A stretch of 61,139 nt of DNA, counting the filler, from Sphacelaria rigidula (lineage: Eukaryota), in NCBI GenBank assembly GCA_964200075.2. It is 8 parts of 8 records of this genome, joined end to end, with 100 filler letters (N's around TTAATTAATTAA, not from the genome) between each part and the next. Parts side by side here need not be neighbours in the genome. Positions count along the whole stretch, not along the records: positions 22,966 to 30,520 come from CAXNAA020014354.1; positions 30,621 to 38,175 come from CAXNAA020014355.1; 6 more parts are not named here. The stretch is one strand, 5' to 3'. The stretch's first letter is position 1. Each line of letters begins with the position of its first letter. Shown in pieces: positions 24,261 to 36,535 of this stretch. The notes under the pieces are model-generated. The model was given only the letters and a program-made list of their open reading frames with translations, ran no database searches and was not told the origin of the DNA. The translations under genes and the position numbers were made by a program.

Positions 24261-25617
24261 TTCTCCCCCCCCCCCCCCCCCCCGCCCGCGGGAAGAACAA
24301 GCCACACGAGGAACGAGAAACATCCGCCCCGTTTTTTTCTTCAAACCCCGCGAGCTTTTGGTGGGTAGACACAATCAAATAAGTCTTGACGGTAAAGCCA
24401 TCAACGAGGTAGTCCACACCTACACATATCCGTGAGATATGTGTTATTTTAGTCACCCCCGAGATTCCGCAGAACAGAAAATGTGATGCATCTGGACGTT
24501 TCGTAAACGCCGCCCCGACACTTGGATCCACCGCGAGGTTTTGCAAAAAAACACACAATGTCCGTTGAATCTTCACTTGAGGGTAAGTAGGACACGCGGA
24601 TACATTTCTCAGCGCGCGCGCGCACAGACACACACACATCACCCCGTGATGGTCCCACGAGTTTTTGCTTGACTGCAAACGTGCATTACGATTTCCCCGT
24701 CGACTTTTACATGCGCGCACACACGAAACACGTGCTTTGCATCTTCGAAATTGCGGATATTCGTTGTACCCCCAGCACGTGCCCCGTCGTTCCCCTCCTT
24801 ACATTATGGCATACCTGCCTCTCCCCCGTCCCCTGTCTCCCCGTCTCTCCTAAATCTTCCCGTTCCCCACTAGGCATCGCTCGTCACGTCATTGTAATTT
24901 GTCGCAACTCGTCATCATGATTAGAAATCGATTGTCATATGGCCTAATACCACGCTGTCGATATAGCAGAACGTGAGAGCACAGACCGATCAAGAATTCT
25001 GGCTCGGTCGGGTCGTCTTACGTAAAGTACATATGTCCTGTGTTCTCACAGCACAACGTGTCTGAGCTGGTTGTGTGTCGTGTTTCTCGCGATGACAACG
25101 CTGTCGAGGCTGGTCTGGTTGATGTGCTCAGGGACGAACGGGTACTGTACGCGCTCGTCACGAAACTCCACGGCAATGAGACGAACCGTTGTGTGTGTGC
25201 GTGCGTGCGCGCGCGCGCGTCTATGTGATAAAAAGTGGGCGAGAACGCTACGTTGACGAATTGTTCCGTTGTTCCCCACGTGATCCTTTTTTTCGTGTCT
25301 TTACAACGTGCCGCCAGCCTGGCATCGGTTTGTATAATTGGTACTTACGTGGGGACGCTAGCGCAACCTCCTTTCCGTTCTTGCCTTCTATTAATCCGCT
25401 CCTCTTCCGAAAGCATTGCACACGTTCAGGAGGCTCGGGCAGTCGCTATTGGTACGGCCCCACAACCTGGCACGACGCGCGGTTGCCTCTTGACGAAAAT
25501 GCATGGATACCCATTCTCACATGTGAATATGGATATATACATGTCTAACGAAGATTACGTGTGAACGCTTCCGTGCAAGCGGCGACATTTTGTATTTTCG
25601 AAAGCTTGATGAGATAG

Positions 25618-26560
25618 TGCAATGTTTTCCCATCACCTTTCACGTTCGACGAGGGCGAGATTCGACCTTCGACTCAAGCAGTCAGTGCCTGAAAGTGTGC
25701 GCGTAGTAGGCAATACGCGGAGCCTTCGATCGTGGATCTGACACTTTGATTCTAAAATACTGAAATTTGATTCAGAAGACGTAAATTTCAACTATACATG
25801 CATACACGCGATGAACACAGGTGAAACCAGACGGCAGAACGCACGAAGACCGTATCTGTTCCCTTTGGGCTAGAGTTTTCTTTGGACCATGTTGCTGTAA
25901 ATGTGTGGCTCTATATTGCGCAAAACACATGATAACGTAAGGTTGATCAGGTTGTGCAATGATTTTCCATCACCGCTCATCTTCAACGAGGACAAGATTC
26001 CACGTTGACCCAAGTATATGTGCAACACACTCACGTCGAAGCGGTAACGCGATTAGTTTTCCTTTCAGCGTAGGCGTCCAATCAGTAAGAGCGTAGGCAA
26101 GAACAACAAAAGATTGCAGCTTACCGCCCGGCGCTTTTTTCGCAGGCCTTTCTTTGCGTCGACTTCAATCAACAAGAATCAATCAACAACAATCATAGAC
26201 CCTGTATTTGCTGTCACCGGTTTGCAGCCATCCGTCCGGCGCTTTTTTCGTCGGCCTTCCTGTCTTCCTTAGATTCGATTTCCCGGGGTTCGGGGTTCGG
26301 TAAATTTAACAGCCGATTTCGCGCGGTTCGGTGAATTTTGGAGCCGAATTTTATCGCCTCTGTCCCGGCCGTCTCTTGTTTGGTAAATTGCACAGGTGGT
26401 CCTGACGTTTTGATTCTGAAAAACGGAAGCTTGAATCTTACTGAAGACAGGCATACACGACCAAGATGTTTCCTTCAGTCTGGAGTTTTCTTTGGACCAT
26501 ATATGGCTGTTCATGTGCAACACACTCAAGTTGAAGCGGCGACGCGATTAGTTTTCCTTA
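25618..26560. repeat. Internally duplicated intronic repeat block
   Basis: Diverged direct repeat pairs at 25618/25956, ~25740/26403, ~25870/26481 and ~26018/26513. Confidence 0.6.
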
Positions 26561-26679
26561 CACGTCTTGCTGCGTCTACGTGCTGACAAAAACAATATGC
26601 ATTTGAGTTACCTTCCGCCGACAATTTGAAGTGAGGCGTTATTGAAAATTAATCATCGTACATGTATTTCCACCCCGGA

Positions 26680-27512
26680 TTCACTTTTTTGTTGAATTAG
26701 ACAAGAGAACTTGAGTACCCCCCAGGCGTATGCCTGCACGGGAGGGTTTCCGCGCGACTTGGCGAGCTGATGACCCATATACGTATACGCACCAATTTAT
26801 GCAGGTGCTCACTGCTATATACACCGGGCTCACTTGCGTTCCAGTGAACCCCCAAATCATCCTGCTGCATGGCTGGGATCCTGTAACATACCCGAACATT
26901 AGGGCGCAGGTTATTCACAGGGTATCCCTGTCTCAAGGGTGAAAGTCCTGTTACAGGGGCATCACGAGCCCCACGCGCAGGGCCTACGCAGAGGGATGTC
27001 CCTGAAACAGGACTTTCATCCTTGAGACAGGGATAACCCTGCTCAGGTTCTTCACAGTGTACAGACTGTGACTTTGCACACAGTCCGGTAAACTGGGTCA
27101 TCCGAGTACCCTGCACTCGGCCTACGCAGTTCACCCACAGAGGAGACCTTTGCCCACGTGTGTTACTTCTCCGTCTTCACTTTGTGCACTTGTTGGCAAG
27201 CAGTTGTTTTCACGATTAACGTCTTCCCCCCACACCATGCCCAACAGTGGAGGGCGACTATGTCGTGGGTACAGAAAATTCGACTCAACGGTCGACGAGG
27301 GAAAGCGACTGCTGAACCCCTCTCGCGATAACAAATAAAGGCAAGGACCGCAGAAAGAAGGTGAGATACTAAAAACAAATATAAAAATGAAGCTCCTGTG
27401 TTGACCTTCCTCCCGTGTAACCCCGGCTGGTGCGCCCACATATATATACCGAAAGGTGTAGACCAGCGTCCAGAATAGAAGGGACGACAACACACACACA
27501 CACACACACACA
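26680..27512 (+). repeat. Dispersed repeat with (CA)n tail (retroposon 3' end); other copies at ~22573-22750 (reverse) and 30621-30693
   Basis: Shared CCCACATATA..CCGAAA.GTGTAGAC..G.G.CCAGAAT...GGACGACAACACACAC. The left boundary is approximate. Confidence 0.7.
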
Positions 27513-28872
27513 TCAGACGTTCTTCTCGCGAGGGGCATTCGTCCATGTGGCCCGTCATTACCACAATATATGAAGTCGCGTCCTTTTTGCCTACTCATGT
27601 ACTAACTAGTATAGCTTCTTCGTAAAATGTCGAATGTTGTATAGGTATAGGTTGGAGCGGATTTCAACCACAGTTGTACATGGAGATGTTGCTCTTTCGT
27701 AAGCAAAATATCAACTTCTGAGCAAACTCCTACTTTTGGAACACGAGTCCACTTTTTCTTCCATGTTTCAGCTTTTTTTTTTCGATCAGAACGCATTGTC
27801 TATGATACATTCGGGTCTTCCGCGTTCTTCACACTTTTTAATACGTGGAACGAAATTAAGTGTGTTTCATCCACCATTCCGCGCTCTCAACGTTCGCGTT
27901 GCTTGATACCTGTCATGCCACACCCATGCCAGATCGTCCCTCTTCTACTCATCACACATTGCACAGTTTCATAACCGATACACACGTCAAATCTCTGGCT
28001 CAACCTCTTTGTAGGAGTCATTTCCTTTACCCTCTCCCAATTTAAATTATTTCCTTTCCACGCTTTTCGTGTAGGACGGCGCCGCCTATCGGCGGCCCCG
28101 TCCGATACTTGTATATATATATACACACTTCCTCTGCCTTATGAGTTAGGGTTCCTATCGGCGATACGTTGTCTGCGTACAACCGTGTTAGTGAGGATGG
28201 TATAGTCGGGTTCGTTAAAAAGATGAAATGAAGATGAAGCTAGAAAAAAAAACCCCGAGGTTCTACTCCTTTACCTGAAATAGGTTAAAGTATACCCTAT
28301 TTTGGCTTATTTTGAGAACAATTTTTAGAAGGCTTTCGACAAATCTAAAAACAACTCAAGAAAAACTCAAAAGCGTCCGAACTAAGTACCCTACCTGCCC
28401 ACTACACCATTCTAACGATGGACTCGCCCTCCAGCACACCCCCATCTCGGAAACGGGGCGTCGAGATATCGATTGGTGGCCGCTACGCAATGGCCGTGGA
28501 GATGGCGATGGTCATCCAGCCAGAGTTGTCCCGTGGGAACGGCGTAAAATACGGCCATTTTTAGGCCGGCTGATTTTTTTTCGGCCGCTCGGCCGCATGG
28601 TTCAAGCACCGGTTGAAACGAAAGAACAGGTGTTTCACTCGAAAAACACAGAAGATTCCAACAAAAGAAATCGAAAAATAGATCAGACACGGTTGAGGGC
28701 CCGAACAAATTTAGGTGCCCCAACTTACGAGACAGAGGAAGTATGGTGTGTATTTACGTTGTTGATATATTGATACGGGTCACCCGCAAATAACATAAAA
28801 TATATTCACTTGGCGCTGGTACATGCGTGCCGAAATGATACGAGGAATGTTCTGATATTTGATGCTTGTGCT

Positions 28873-29125
28873 GAGTGATGCTACGGTAGGGTTGCACTTT
28901 TTGAGCGAAAATATTTCTCGGGGTGTTGCACGGATCATTTCGAGAATCGGCATCACTTTCACTTGAAAAAGTCTGAAAATGATGCCGATTCACGAAAATG
29001 CCCCTGTGTGCATCTCCATGTCCTGTCCCCGGAGATTTGGGCTGCAAAGTAAGCCCCATACACTTGGGCTCCTACAAAAACGAGACCTAGAAACAAAGAA
29101 TGCAACCCCTATCCTAGCATTGCTC
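28873..29125. mobile_element. MITE family B (Sola2-like), 253 bp, perfect 4-bp TSD
   Basis: TGCT|GAGTGATGCTACGGTAGGGTTGCA ... TGCAACCCCTATCCTAGCATTGCTC|TGCT. Contains the internal palindrome GAATCGGCATCA...TGATGCCGATTC. Confidence 0.88.
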
Positions 29126-29266
29126 TGCTGCTTGATTCTGCGCTGTAGCATCATACACGTTCAAAAGCACCCCCCTCCCCCCTCACTCTCCTTGGCTCTT
29201 TCTGCCCCTTTCGTCCTTCCAAAACGACATGACCCACTATCCCCACGGTACCATTTCTTCCCCAAG

Positions 29267-29368
29267 GCCGCCATGAACGTGCTAGCCGAGATGCTCGGGG
29301 CCGGCCTGAAAATGGACGCGTTCACCTACGCTCACGCGATCGAGGCATGCTGCAACGGCAACGACAGG
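29267..29368 (+). CDS. PPR protein, penultimate exon
   Basis: TTCTTCCCCAAG|GCC ... AGG|GTGAGC. Encodes AAMNVLAEMLGAGLKMDAFTYAHAIEACCNGNDR. Joined to the previous exon it gives an exact 35-aa PPR period. Confidence 0.9.
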
Positions 29369-29851
29369 GTGAGCTTTGAGATTTTCTGCCTTCGCGAGCC
29401 AAAACCACTCGCCAAGAGTACTGTCTCGTTTTTCGAAGAGGGTGAGCGCTTTCGCAACGCACTTCTACGTGCGCGCGCACGCCCTTCAAAAACTGTGTGT
29501 GTCTGTGTGTTTGTGTGTATGCTTTTGTGGAAAATATTCATGTTGACGTACATGTTATAATAGGTGGCGGATCATTGTTTCTGAAGTTGTGCTGCGGAGC
29601 AGAGAAGACCCTGAACTTGTTCCCTCCTCAGGCGTCGACACTTCTCATGTATGGAAGAAACGTATTGAGCACCCTTATGTTGGAGGTGTCCATGAGGAGT
29701 AGGAACAGTGCTTCCTCTCCGAAGGGACGCGCGGCCGATGGCCAAGTGACAGGGGCAAGTAACGAATGAGTGACCCCCCACCACCCTTCCCCCCGCGGCC
29801 GCCGCTACCTCTGCATGTACCGCCGTGTCCACCGATTGCATTTTCCCGCAG

Positions 29852-30001
29852 GTGGCAACATCGGAACTTGTCACCCGTATGCGAAACGACCGCTTTCCTC
29901 TAAAGATGGCCACCTCCGAGGCGATTACGAATGCTTTCGGGCCTGATGCGTTGGTGATGCTTGTGCGTCCACCAATCCCACCAGAGTCCTTCCTCTCCTG
30001 A
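29852..30001 (+). CDS. PPR protein, terminal exon
   Basis: TTTTCCCGCAG|GTG. Encodes VATSELVTRMRNDRFPLKMATSEAITNAFGPDALVMLVRPPIPPESFLS*. Completes a second 35-aa motif. Confidence 0.8.
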   Translation: MATSELVTRMRNDRFPLKMATSEAITNAFGPDALVMLVRPPIPPESFLS

Positions 30002-31899
30002 AGTGTAGAGATGTCAGCTACAGGGCGAGATATGTTTGTTGTTATCGTTCGGATATGAGGGATGGTGTTATACGTCGTTGTTTCATGTTAGCGTATTATT
30101 TTGCCCAATATACGCAGCTGCACTCATGTCATAGGGAAGCTTTGTCAAAAGTACCGTATATATTGGGACGCACGGCATAGTACCCTTGTTCAGGCCGGAG
30201 TACCTCCAGCTTGGTTGGTTCAAGTTAGATCATCATGCCCCGCATCCCCCTGCCTCCTCTCGGGCGATGATGTTAGGGGACCTCGAATATTCGATGAAGC
30301 AAGGACCTTTTGTTGCCAAAACAGCTTGAAATAAATAAATCTCAAACGATAGGTTTCTTATCGGGTAAGTTTCCGTGTCGTTGCCGCAGCTCCGTCGTCC
30401 GCGAGAAGATCAAGGCTAGACGAAGAATCGTAGGCTTGTGTAGCGGTAGCAATATAGAGGTAACTAATATCACGATTATTCTGATCTTTAGTTCTAGGTC
30501 GCTCACAGCGCAGCGGGGAANNNNNNNNNNNNNNNNNNNNNNNNNNNNNNNNNNNNNNNNNNNNTTAATTAATTAANNNNNNNNNNNNNNNNNNNNNNNN
30601 NNNNNNNNNNNNNNNNNNNNGATGCACCCACATACACCGAAAGGTGTAGACTGGTGCCCAGAATAAATGGGACGACAACACACACACACACACTAAGTAC
30701 AGCGTCAGTTGTAATGCAACATACAGACCAGCCGGTGGCCTATGTCGATAGTGATGGGCTCGCAGTCACTATCCTGCGGCTGCGGAGCTTTACTCAAGAG
30801 GTGGGACACTGACACGGAAACCGCGCGGATGGTGATGAGACGCGAGTGAGATTGGTGCCAGATTCGGCGGGCTGGAGCTAGCGGTCGACGCAGGCTGGAA
30901 CGGCTGCATCTTGCTCGTGAGATCAACATACGAAGCGTGTATGTACACAAATGGACCAATGGAAAACTCGGAACAGCGGGAAACAATGTACGCAAGAATA
31001 TAGAGAGAGTACGACCGCAAAGAAGCATAAAGGAAACAGTCAAGCGGATAGATGTAGGGGTACAGCTAAAGCGAGGTCCCGTATTGGGGAGCCCACAGTT
31101 ATGCCCGTGAATAAGGCCCGGTTTTGGGCACTATACATCGGGAAAATCGACCGACCAACTACACCTCAATGACGACGATGCTAATACAAAATGTATTATT
31201 ACTATTTTACATTCTACAACAAACCTATGACTGGCGTTGCCGTACACCTGTACTTAGAGTTACAACAACAGGGGGATAGAAGCCGCTGCTCGTGTTGTTG
31301 TTATGCCCCTCTTGTTGCAGCATGGTGTCGTGCCTATATTTGAACGCAGTTTTCTCGGCAAATAAGCAGAGGATTGGGCTGCGGTTTGATGCGTGCGCTT
31401 TCCACATACCAGAACTAGTCAGCGTGGCGGTGGATTTCCGTAACTCGTGCCGCAGAGGCCACAGCTCGTTGCAAAACGCTCCTCCAAGCACAAGATGTTC
31501 TAAAAAATGAGTTTCGTTCAACGTTCTGGGGCTTTTCGGATCCGCTGTAGCAAATTGAGCAACTCCACCGCTAAACTTGACTAGGTGTAGTGTTCGTGCG
31601 TGGGGCTGTGAAGTGCCACAGGCCGGTTTGCTTCCTGTATCGAGAAAAACGAGATGAAAACATTACAGGTGTCGCATCCTACACCTGGGTAACTTGGGAT
31701 GGAGCGTGTGCTTTGTTCGATAGAGGTTGGGCACAGGTCCGATCAGTCTTTGACGTCTTCAATTTTCCTCAATATCCCTCCGCGTTTTTTCTTGTTTTAT
31801 TGCTTACGGAGGGCCTTAATTCACGGGCATAACAGTGGCAACCTACAACGTGCGGTGTATCTCAAGGGACAGAACGGGGTCGGCCATGCGATGCTTTTG

Positions 31900-33640
31900 C
31901 ACGAACGTGAAGCGGCAGGTGGTGACAGCGGGAGACAAGAAGACTGAATCGAACTGAGTTCGCTGCAGCGGGATACCGCGTCTCTTGCTGCGGAGCGAAG
32001 CATGGCAAGTGGAGGGGTGGACAATATGGGGTTGGGTTGGTGGTCTAGGAGTCGATCAACATCGACAGCTCTGGTGGCACATGCGTTCGTCAGGGAGCGC
32101 CTGGTGTCGGCGACTTCTGATCTAGCAGACAAACCGAACGACGTCACGTTTGTAGCTGCTACCGATGGCCCGGAAGACACCCCCGGATCAAAACAAATCA
32201 GGAACATGTTCAGGAGCGAGCGGAACAGCTTATGAACCGAATTCCCACCAACGATCACCTGTTTGTTGTTGTAGATGCTTACGCTAGGGCTGGGGGGAAT
32301 TAGACACTAGGACGTGAACATTAGCAGGGGCATACAACAGGGATTCCCGGGCCCGCAACAAACTTGCACTGTCTTCCTACACCTTTGCAGGCGGTCACGC
32401 GCCTGCCCTACGATAAACAAATCGGTATCTCCATCCCGAAGGGAGGTACATCACGTATGTCCAACGGCATTGCGAGCCATCCCGCGGACAGGAAACATAT
32501 CGACTACACCATCACACGGGGCGCCCACCGCCGGCTTGTTCGAAATAGCACCGTCCACCTCAAAAAGCCAACTCGCCGGACTCTGATCACAACATCGTAC
32601 GCGCCACAGCCCGGCTCCTTGGCCGATTCACATGCAACATGCCGTAAGGACGCGGTTCACTGCACAGAGGTGAGGTGCGGACGGATTTCTCCCCCGGTTC
32701 TCCGACAACACGAAGGGTGCCAGTGTCGGACAGGGTATCATTGGGACAATCTCGCCGAGATCTTTCCAAAAGATGACCATCAACTTCCGCATCCTCTTCG
32801 TATGTCCAACTATCAAGCGGGGAAATTCGTTCGCACCCGTGTGCGATGACCCGCAGCCTTGCGGGTACCCCAGCATATCCCCACCGGCCGCAAATCTATA
32901 AATGAGGGGAGGGGGGGGGGGGGGGTAACAACGTCTGACACCGACAGACATGAGCAACTCATATAGCTTATCGTCAACGGGCTCCAGCAGGGCATATCTG
33001 GAGATGTCACCAGAGAACCAGCTGCGGACTTCGCCAAGATACTCCCAAATCCGCCGAGATGGTCCATGTTTGACCCGACAGCCCCGCGTACGTTGTATAC
33101 CACCACCCAAACAAAACATTCGGGTCACGGCTTTCCGAGACCCGAAAATTACTACCCAATGATGGTGTGCTTTTGTACAATACTGTATTGCAATGCACAA
33201 CACCGCGATGCCCTGGGCGCGTCCCGGGATGAACCCTGTCGGAAGCTGCCAACTTCGGCTCTTTGCGCATGTTTAGATTTTCAGAAATTTCGAGGTTTAT
33301 CCGCAACACGTGGTTCGATTCCTCCGTGTGCGAGGTCACCTTGCCTACAGAAGAACGGAAAAGAGCAGTGGCCTGGGGAACACGGGACGCACCAGCGCAT
33401 GTTACTGCTTGTACGTGCGGCTGCAGTATTTACCGTGTTCCAGAGTCTTGAGCGCAACCTGCCGAAAGCCGCAAGTGACTGCACGCATCGCCCTGGCAAC
33501 AGCTTTCCCGCAAACTACTTCCGAGGTCGCATACCCTGTATCAAGAACTTCTTCCGACATCTCCCGTAACAACAACTGGCGACTAGTTGCCTGGGAGCAA
33601 CCCTCAGATGGGAAACCTGTGCAGCTAGTTGTGTAGCAGC
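31900..33640 (+). mobile_element. Heavily decayed RTE-type LINE fragment (APE endonuclease and linker)
   Basis: Frame-stitched motifs VTFVAA, HLFVVVDAYAR.G (GD/MDxNAR), RKHIDYTITRGAHRRLVRNSTVH and DSDHNIVRA, which are the APE catalytic C-terminal motifs. Confidence 0.7.
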
Positions 33641-34989
33641 AAGTACAGCCAACTTCCATACCAACCAGGCAGTGGCCAATTACATGAATATGAGTCCCAC
33701 GGCATGCACGGATACTGTAGTGTTGCTTGGAGAGTGGTCGAGACATCTGTCAGGGGTGTTGCACTCCGTTATAGATATGCCGCAAATTGAAAACGGAGTC
33801 GCGACACGGTACAGTGCGCTTCAACCTCGATTTTATCGATAGAACGGACACTTACACTCCTGAGCAAGCGCGTGAAATGGAAGTGCTGAGGCAATTGACC
33901 TAGCGGTGTAAATGTATGAGCTTCTGGCCCACATAGGTACCGATACAGTCAAGCTCGAGAGTGCTAATTGCCCGAAGTTGTCTTGTATCCGTTGCCTACC
34001 GAAGACAATAAAATGAACTGACCTTCGGCGCTGGCATGGTCCTCCTGTACTCGGACGTTGAATCAGTAGACCCGCAGGATGAAATGCATCCACGACCCAT
34101 ATCGACAGGAATGCAGCTGAAGATAGTGCAGCAGCAAGACCGAAACGTTTCATCTTCACACCCACACGAACACGATGAACCATCAACTGTGCTGTGTCGT
34201 GGGTGGCGGGTTTAACTTTCGGGAAGGGCTGATTATTGCCGGTGTTTGTCCGTCTTTAATTTTGTTTCTCGTCATTTTCGATCAAGAGCACTTCAGAAGT
34301 GCCTGTAGGTCTTATTTTACAAAACATATGCTTCTGGTTCTCCCGCAAAAGAGGGATGTTGGTCTACAACTGTAGTCTAGTAACGCAATAAACGTGGACA
34401 CCAACAGCGCATACCATTTGCTCACCAGGTAATCAGTCGATCTCATAGTGAGGGTGTGTCTTATCAAAACAAAGTTGGCCACCGAAGATCAGCGGCAGAG
34501 TCGATGTTGGGGATTGTTGCTCGTTTCGCGCCGTTTGGATCCAAGCGGAAATGCAACCGGACATAGCACTATCTCAGCCACAGTAGAAATAAATACTGTT
34601 TGTTCAGGGGGTTCAAAGATCCTCAGATAGGTTCTTGTCGAAAGTGAGTCGTATCTGTTTTCGAAAAATCACTTTTGGAAAATAATTGCCCCAGCAACGA
34701 CATGCTTCGAGTATGTATCGACAAGCAGCTTCGTCCAGATCGAAGCCCAGATCTGCACGCTGGTGGTACAAAAATGCGGGGGTTGGTCCTAGAAAGTGGC
34801 CGTTATGGTGCAAGATCTCTCTACTACTGCTGCTGCAGCAGCTGCAGCAGACAAGACGCAACAATGCAACACTACAACAACACAACGCCGACACAGCGAG
34901 TCCCGAGAACCTACGCACAGATACTCATTACTCACGCGCATTATAGCTGCAGCGCTAGCACTTAATATTTTACACACGGCTTACACACG

Positions 34990-35006
34990 GACTTTTTAAT
35001 GTGAAG

Positions 35007-35039
<33 letters not shown>

Positions 35040-35040
35040 C
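34990..35040 (+). repeat. Retroposon 3' tail GACTTTTTAATGTGAAGAC(AAC)n; second copy at 47210-47249
   Basis: An identical 19-bp sequence precedes an (AAC)n tract in two different segments. Confidence 0.75.
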
Positions 35041-35184
35041 GGCAGCCAGTCTTTGACGGAAATCCGTCGAGCATTGGGTGAGATCGAGGCGGCCGCGTGC
35101 GTGTCAAATGTCTACCGAAAACATTCCGTTGCTGACTTTTCGCGTATGGGATGGGTGCGTCTCACGGGATCTATCGTTAGCTAA

Positions 35185-35492
35185 TCCTTTGACCGCGACG
35201 GTAGGTCACCTGCTGAATCGGAATCAATTTCACTTGAAAAAATATCGTGATCCAGATGGACTACTTACATAGCGGCCCAAGGGTGAACCCTTTGTCCGGG
35301 AGGGTAGCACCTGCAGGATCGGCATCAATATTCACTTGAAAAAAATACACGTGATCCAGACAGACTACCCGCACCGCCGTCTAACGTTACCCTCGCTTGA
35401 CAGCGACAGCAGGTCATCTGTTGAATCGACATAAAATTCACTTGAAAAATGTATGCATAATCCAGACGGACTGCGTTCGCGGTCTGAGGGTT
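35185..35492 (+). mobile_element. Head-to-tail trimer of piggyBac-like family A MITEs
   Basis: Three ~100-bp units, each with ...ATCG.CAT.AA..TTCACTTGAAAAA...TGATCCAGA.GGACT. Units are joined at TGAA/TTAC-like junctions. Confidence 0.8.
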
Positions 35493-36354
35493 GAACGATT
35501 CCGTTTGAATTCTGAACCGATTTGAGTAAGACAGCGCGCTACATGCTCAGCTAATGAGCAGCTATATGGATCGAGCTGTGTGTTTTTGGTTTGCGAGTAC
35601 AATGCGATCCTCAGGTACACGTTCTATAGTGTTGAGTTTTCTGTTGAGCTTAGGTTGTGGCCCTGTCAACGGACACTTTATTGTTATGGCGTAGTGGTCT
35701 GGAAGAGGTATATCTTCTCGTCGTATTGTACCAAAGAAAGTTACGAAAAACGACCAGAAACGCGAAAACAACAAAACACACAACGCACGGTATCCAGCCA
35801 TCACGGTCACGCACGGTGAATATCGGATGGTATTGGATCACCCTGGTACTCATCGTTGAAGGAATCAGACACCTTGAGGAGATCATCCTCCTCGAGAAAG
35901 AGTCCACCGCTCCTCCTTATGCTATATTCTTCATCTTGGTTTCGAAATCCGATCTCATACTGAATTATTATTTGGAATGATGTACACACCGCCACCGTTG
36001 TTGGTCCATCATGTTGTGTCTCTTGCGATATTATCGATTTGCACAAGCTAATATGCAAGTTGTGCTTATTTTTTGTAGCTATGGTCGAAGGTTACCGCCG
36101 CAGGGGATGTTCTGTGGGGATCGTCTCCAACCCCGACAATCAAATAAACCCAAGCCAACCTATGAGGAGAGCAGCAGGTGTTTCCAATTCCAATAAGTAA
36201 ACATTTAGCGCGTCTTTGAGGGGTAACGTTTGTTGATTATACGCACGAATCGAGAGGGGAGTGGCAGAAGGAAGAAAATTCAAACTGAAAATATATGTAT
36301 TTCGGCTCTCCGGGGATGAGGAGGGGGGTGGGGGGGTGGGGGGGCGGGGGGGGC

Positions 36355-36530
36355 GTACTAATTTGTTGCTTGCCTTGGTCGTTTGACCATTGACCACGCA
36401 TCTTTCGAGACGGAGCACCGTTCCTACTCCGAATAAAGACGCCTCCATCATTCCGGCGTTCATTACGGTTCTTCCATACAGCAGCTCATTACGTTTCTTC
36501 CATACATTACACAAAAACCTTTTACATATC
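36355..36530 (-). repeat. 3' end of an abundant LINE/SINE-like retroposon; copies at 22966-23015, 23965-24030, ~29645-29780 (+), 45475-45620
   Basis: All copies encode the same decayed C-terminus (VWKKRNE.PNVGGVSI.SRNGAPSRKGCVVNGQMTKASNK*), in most copies followed by a poly-C run. Confidence 0.8.
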
Positions 36531-36535
36531 TGTAG

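Noticed and set aside
18436-30001. PX gene nested in an intron of the PPR gene
   Set aside because: The two genes lie in different segments separated by an artificial spacer.
32364-33746. Minus-strand ORFs as a 2OG-Fe(II) oxygenase pseudogene
   Set aside because: Better explained as the antisense of a LINE endonuclease region (IDY, SDH motifs on the plus strand).
34023-34153. Minus-strand exon with signal peptide and ASAF-like motif (MKRFGLAAALSSAAFLSIWVVDAFHP), donor AAG|GTCAGT
   Set aside because: Plausible, but the next acceptor leads to a stop and the downstream DNA is an antisense LINE relic. No gene model could be supported.
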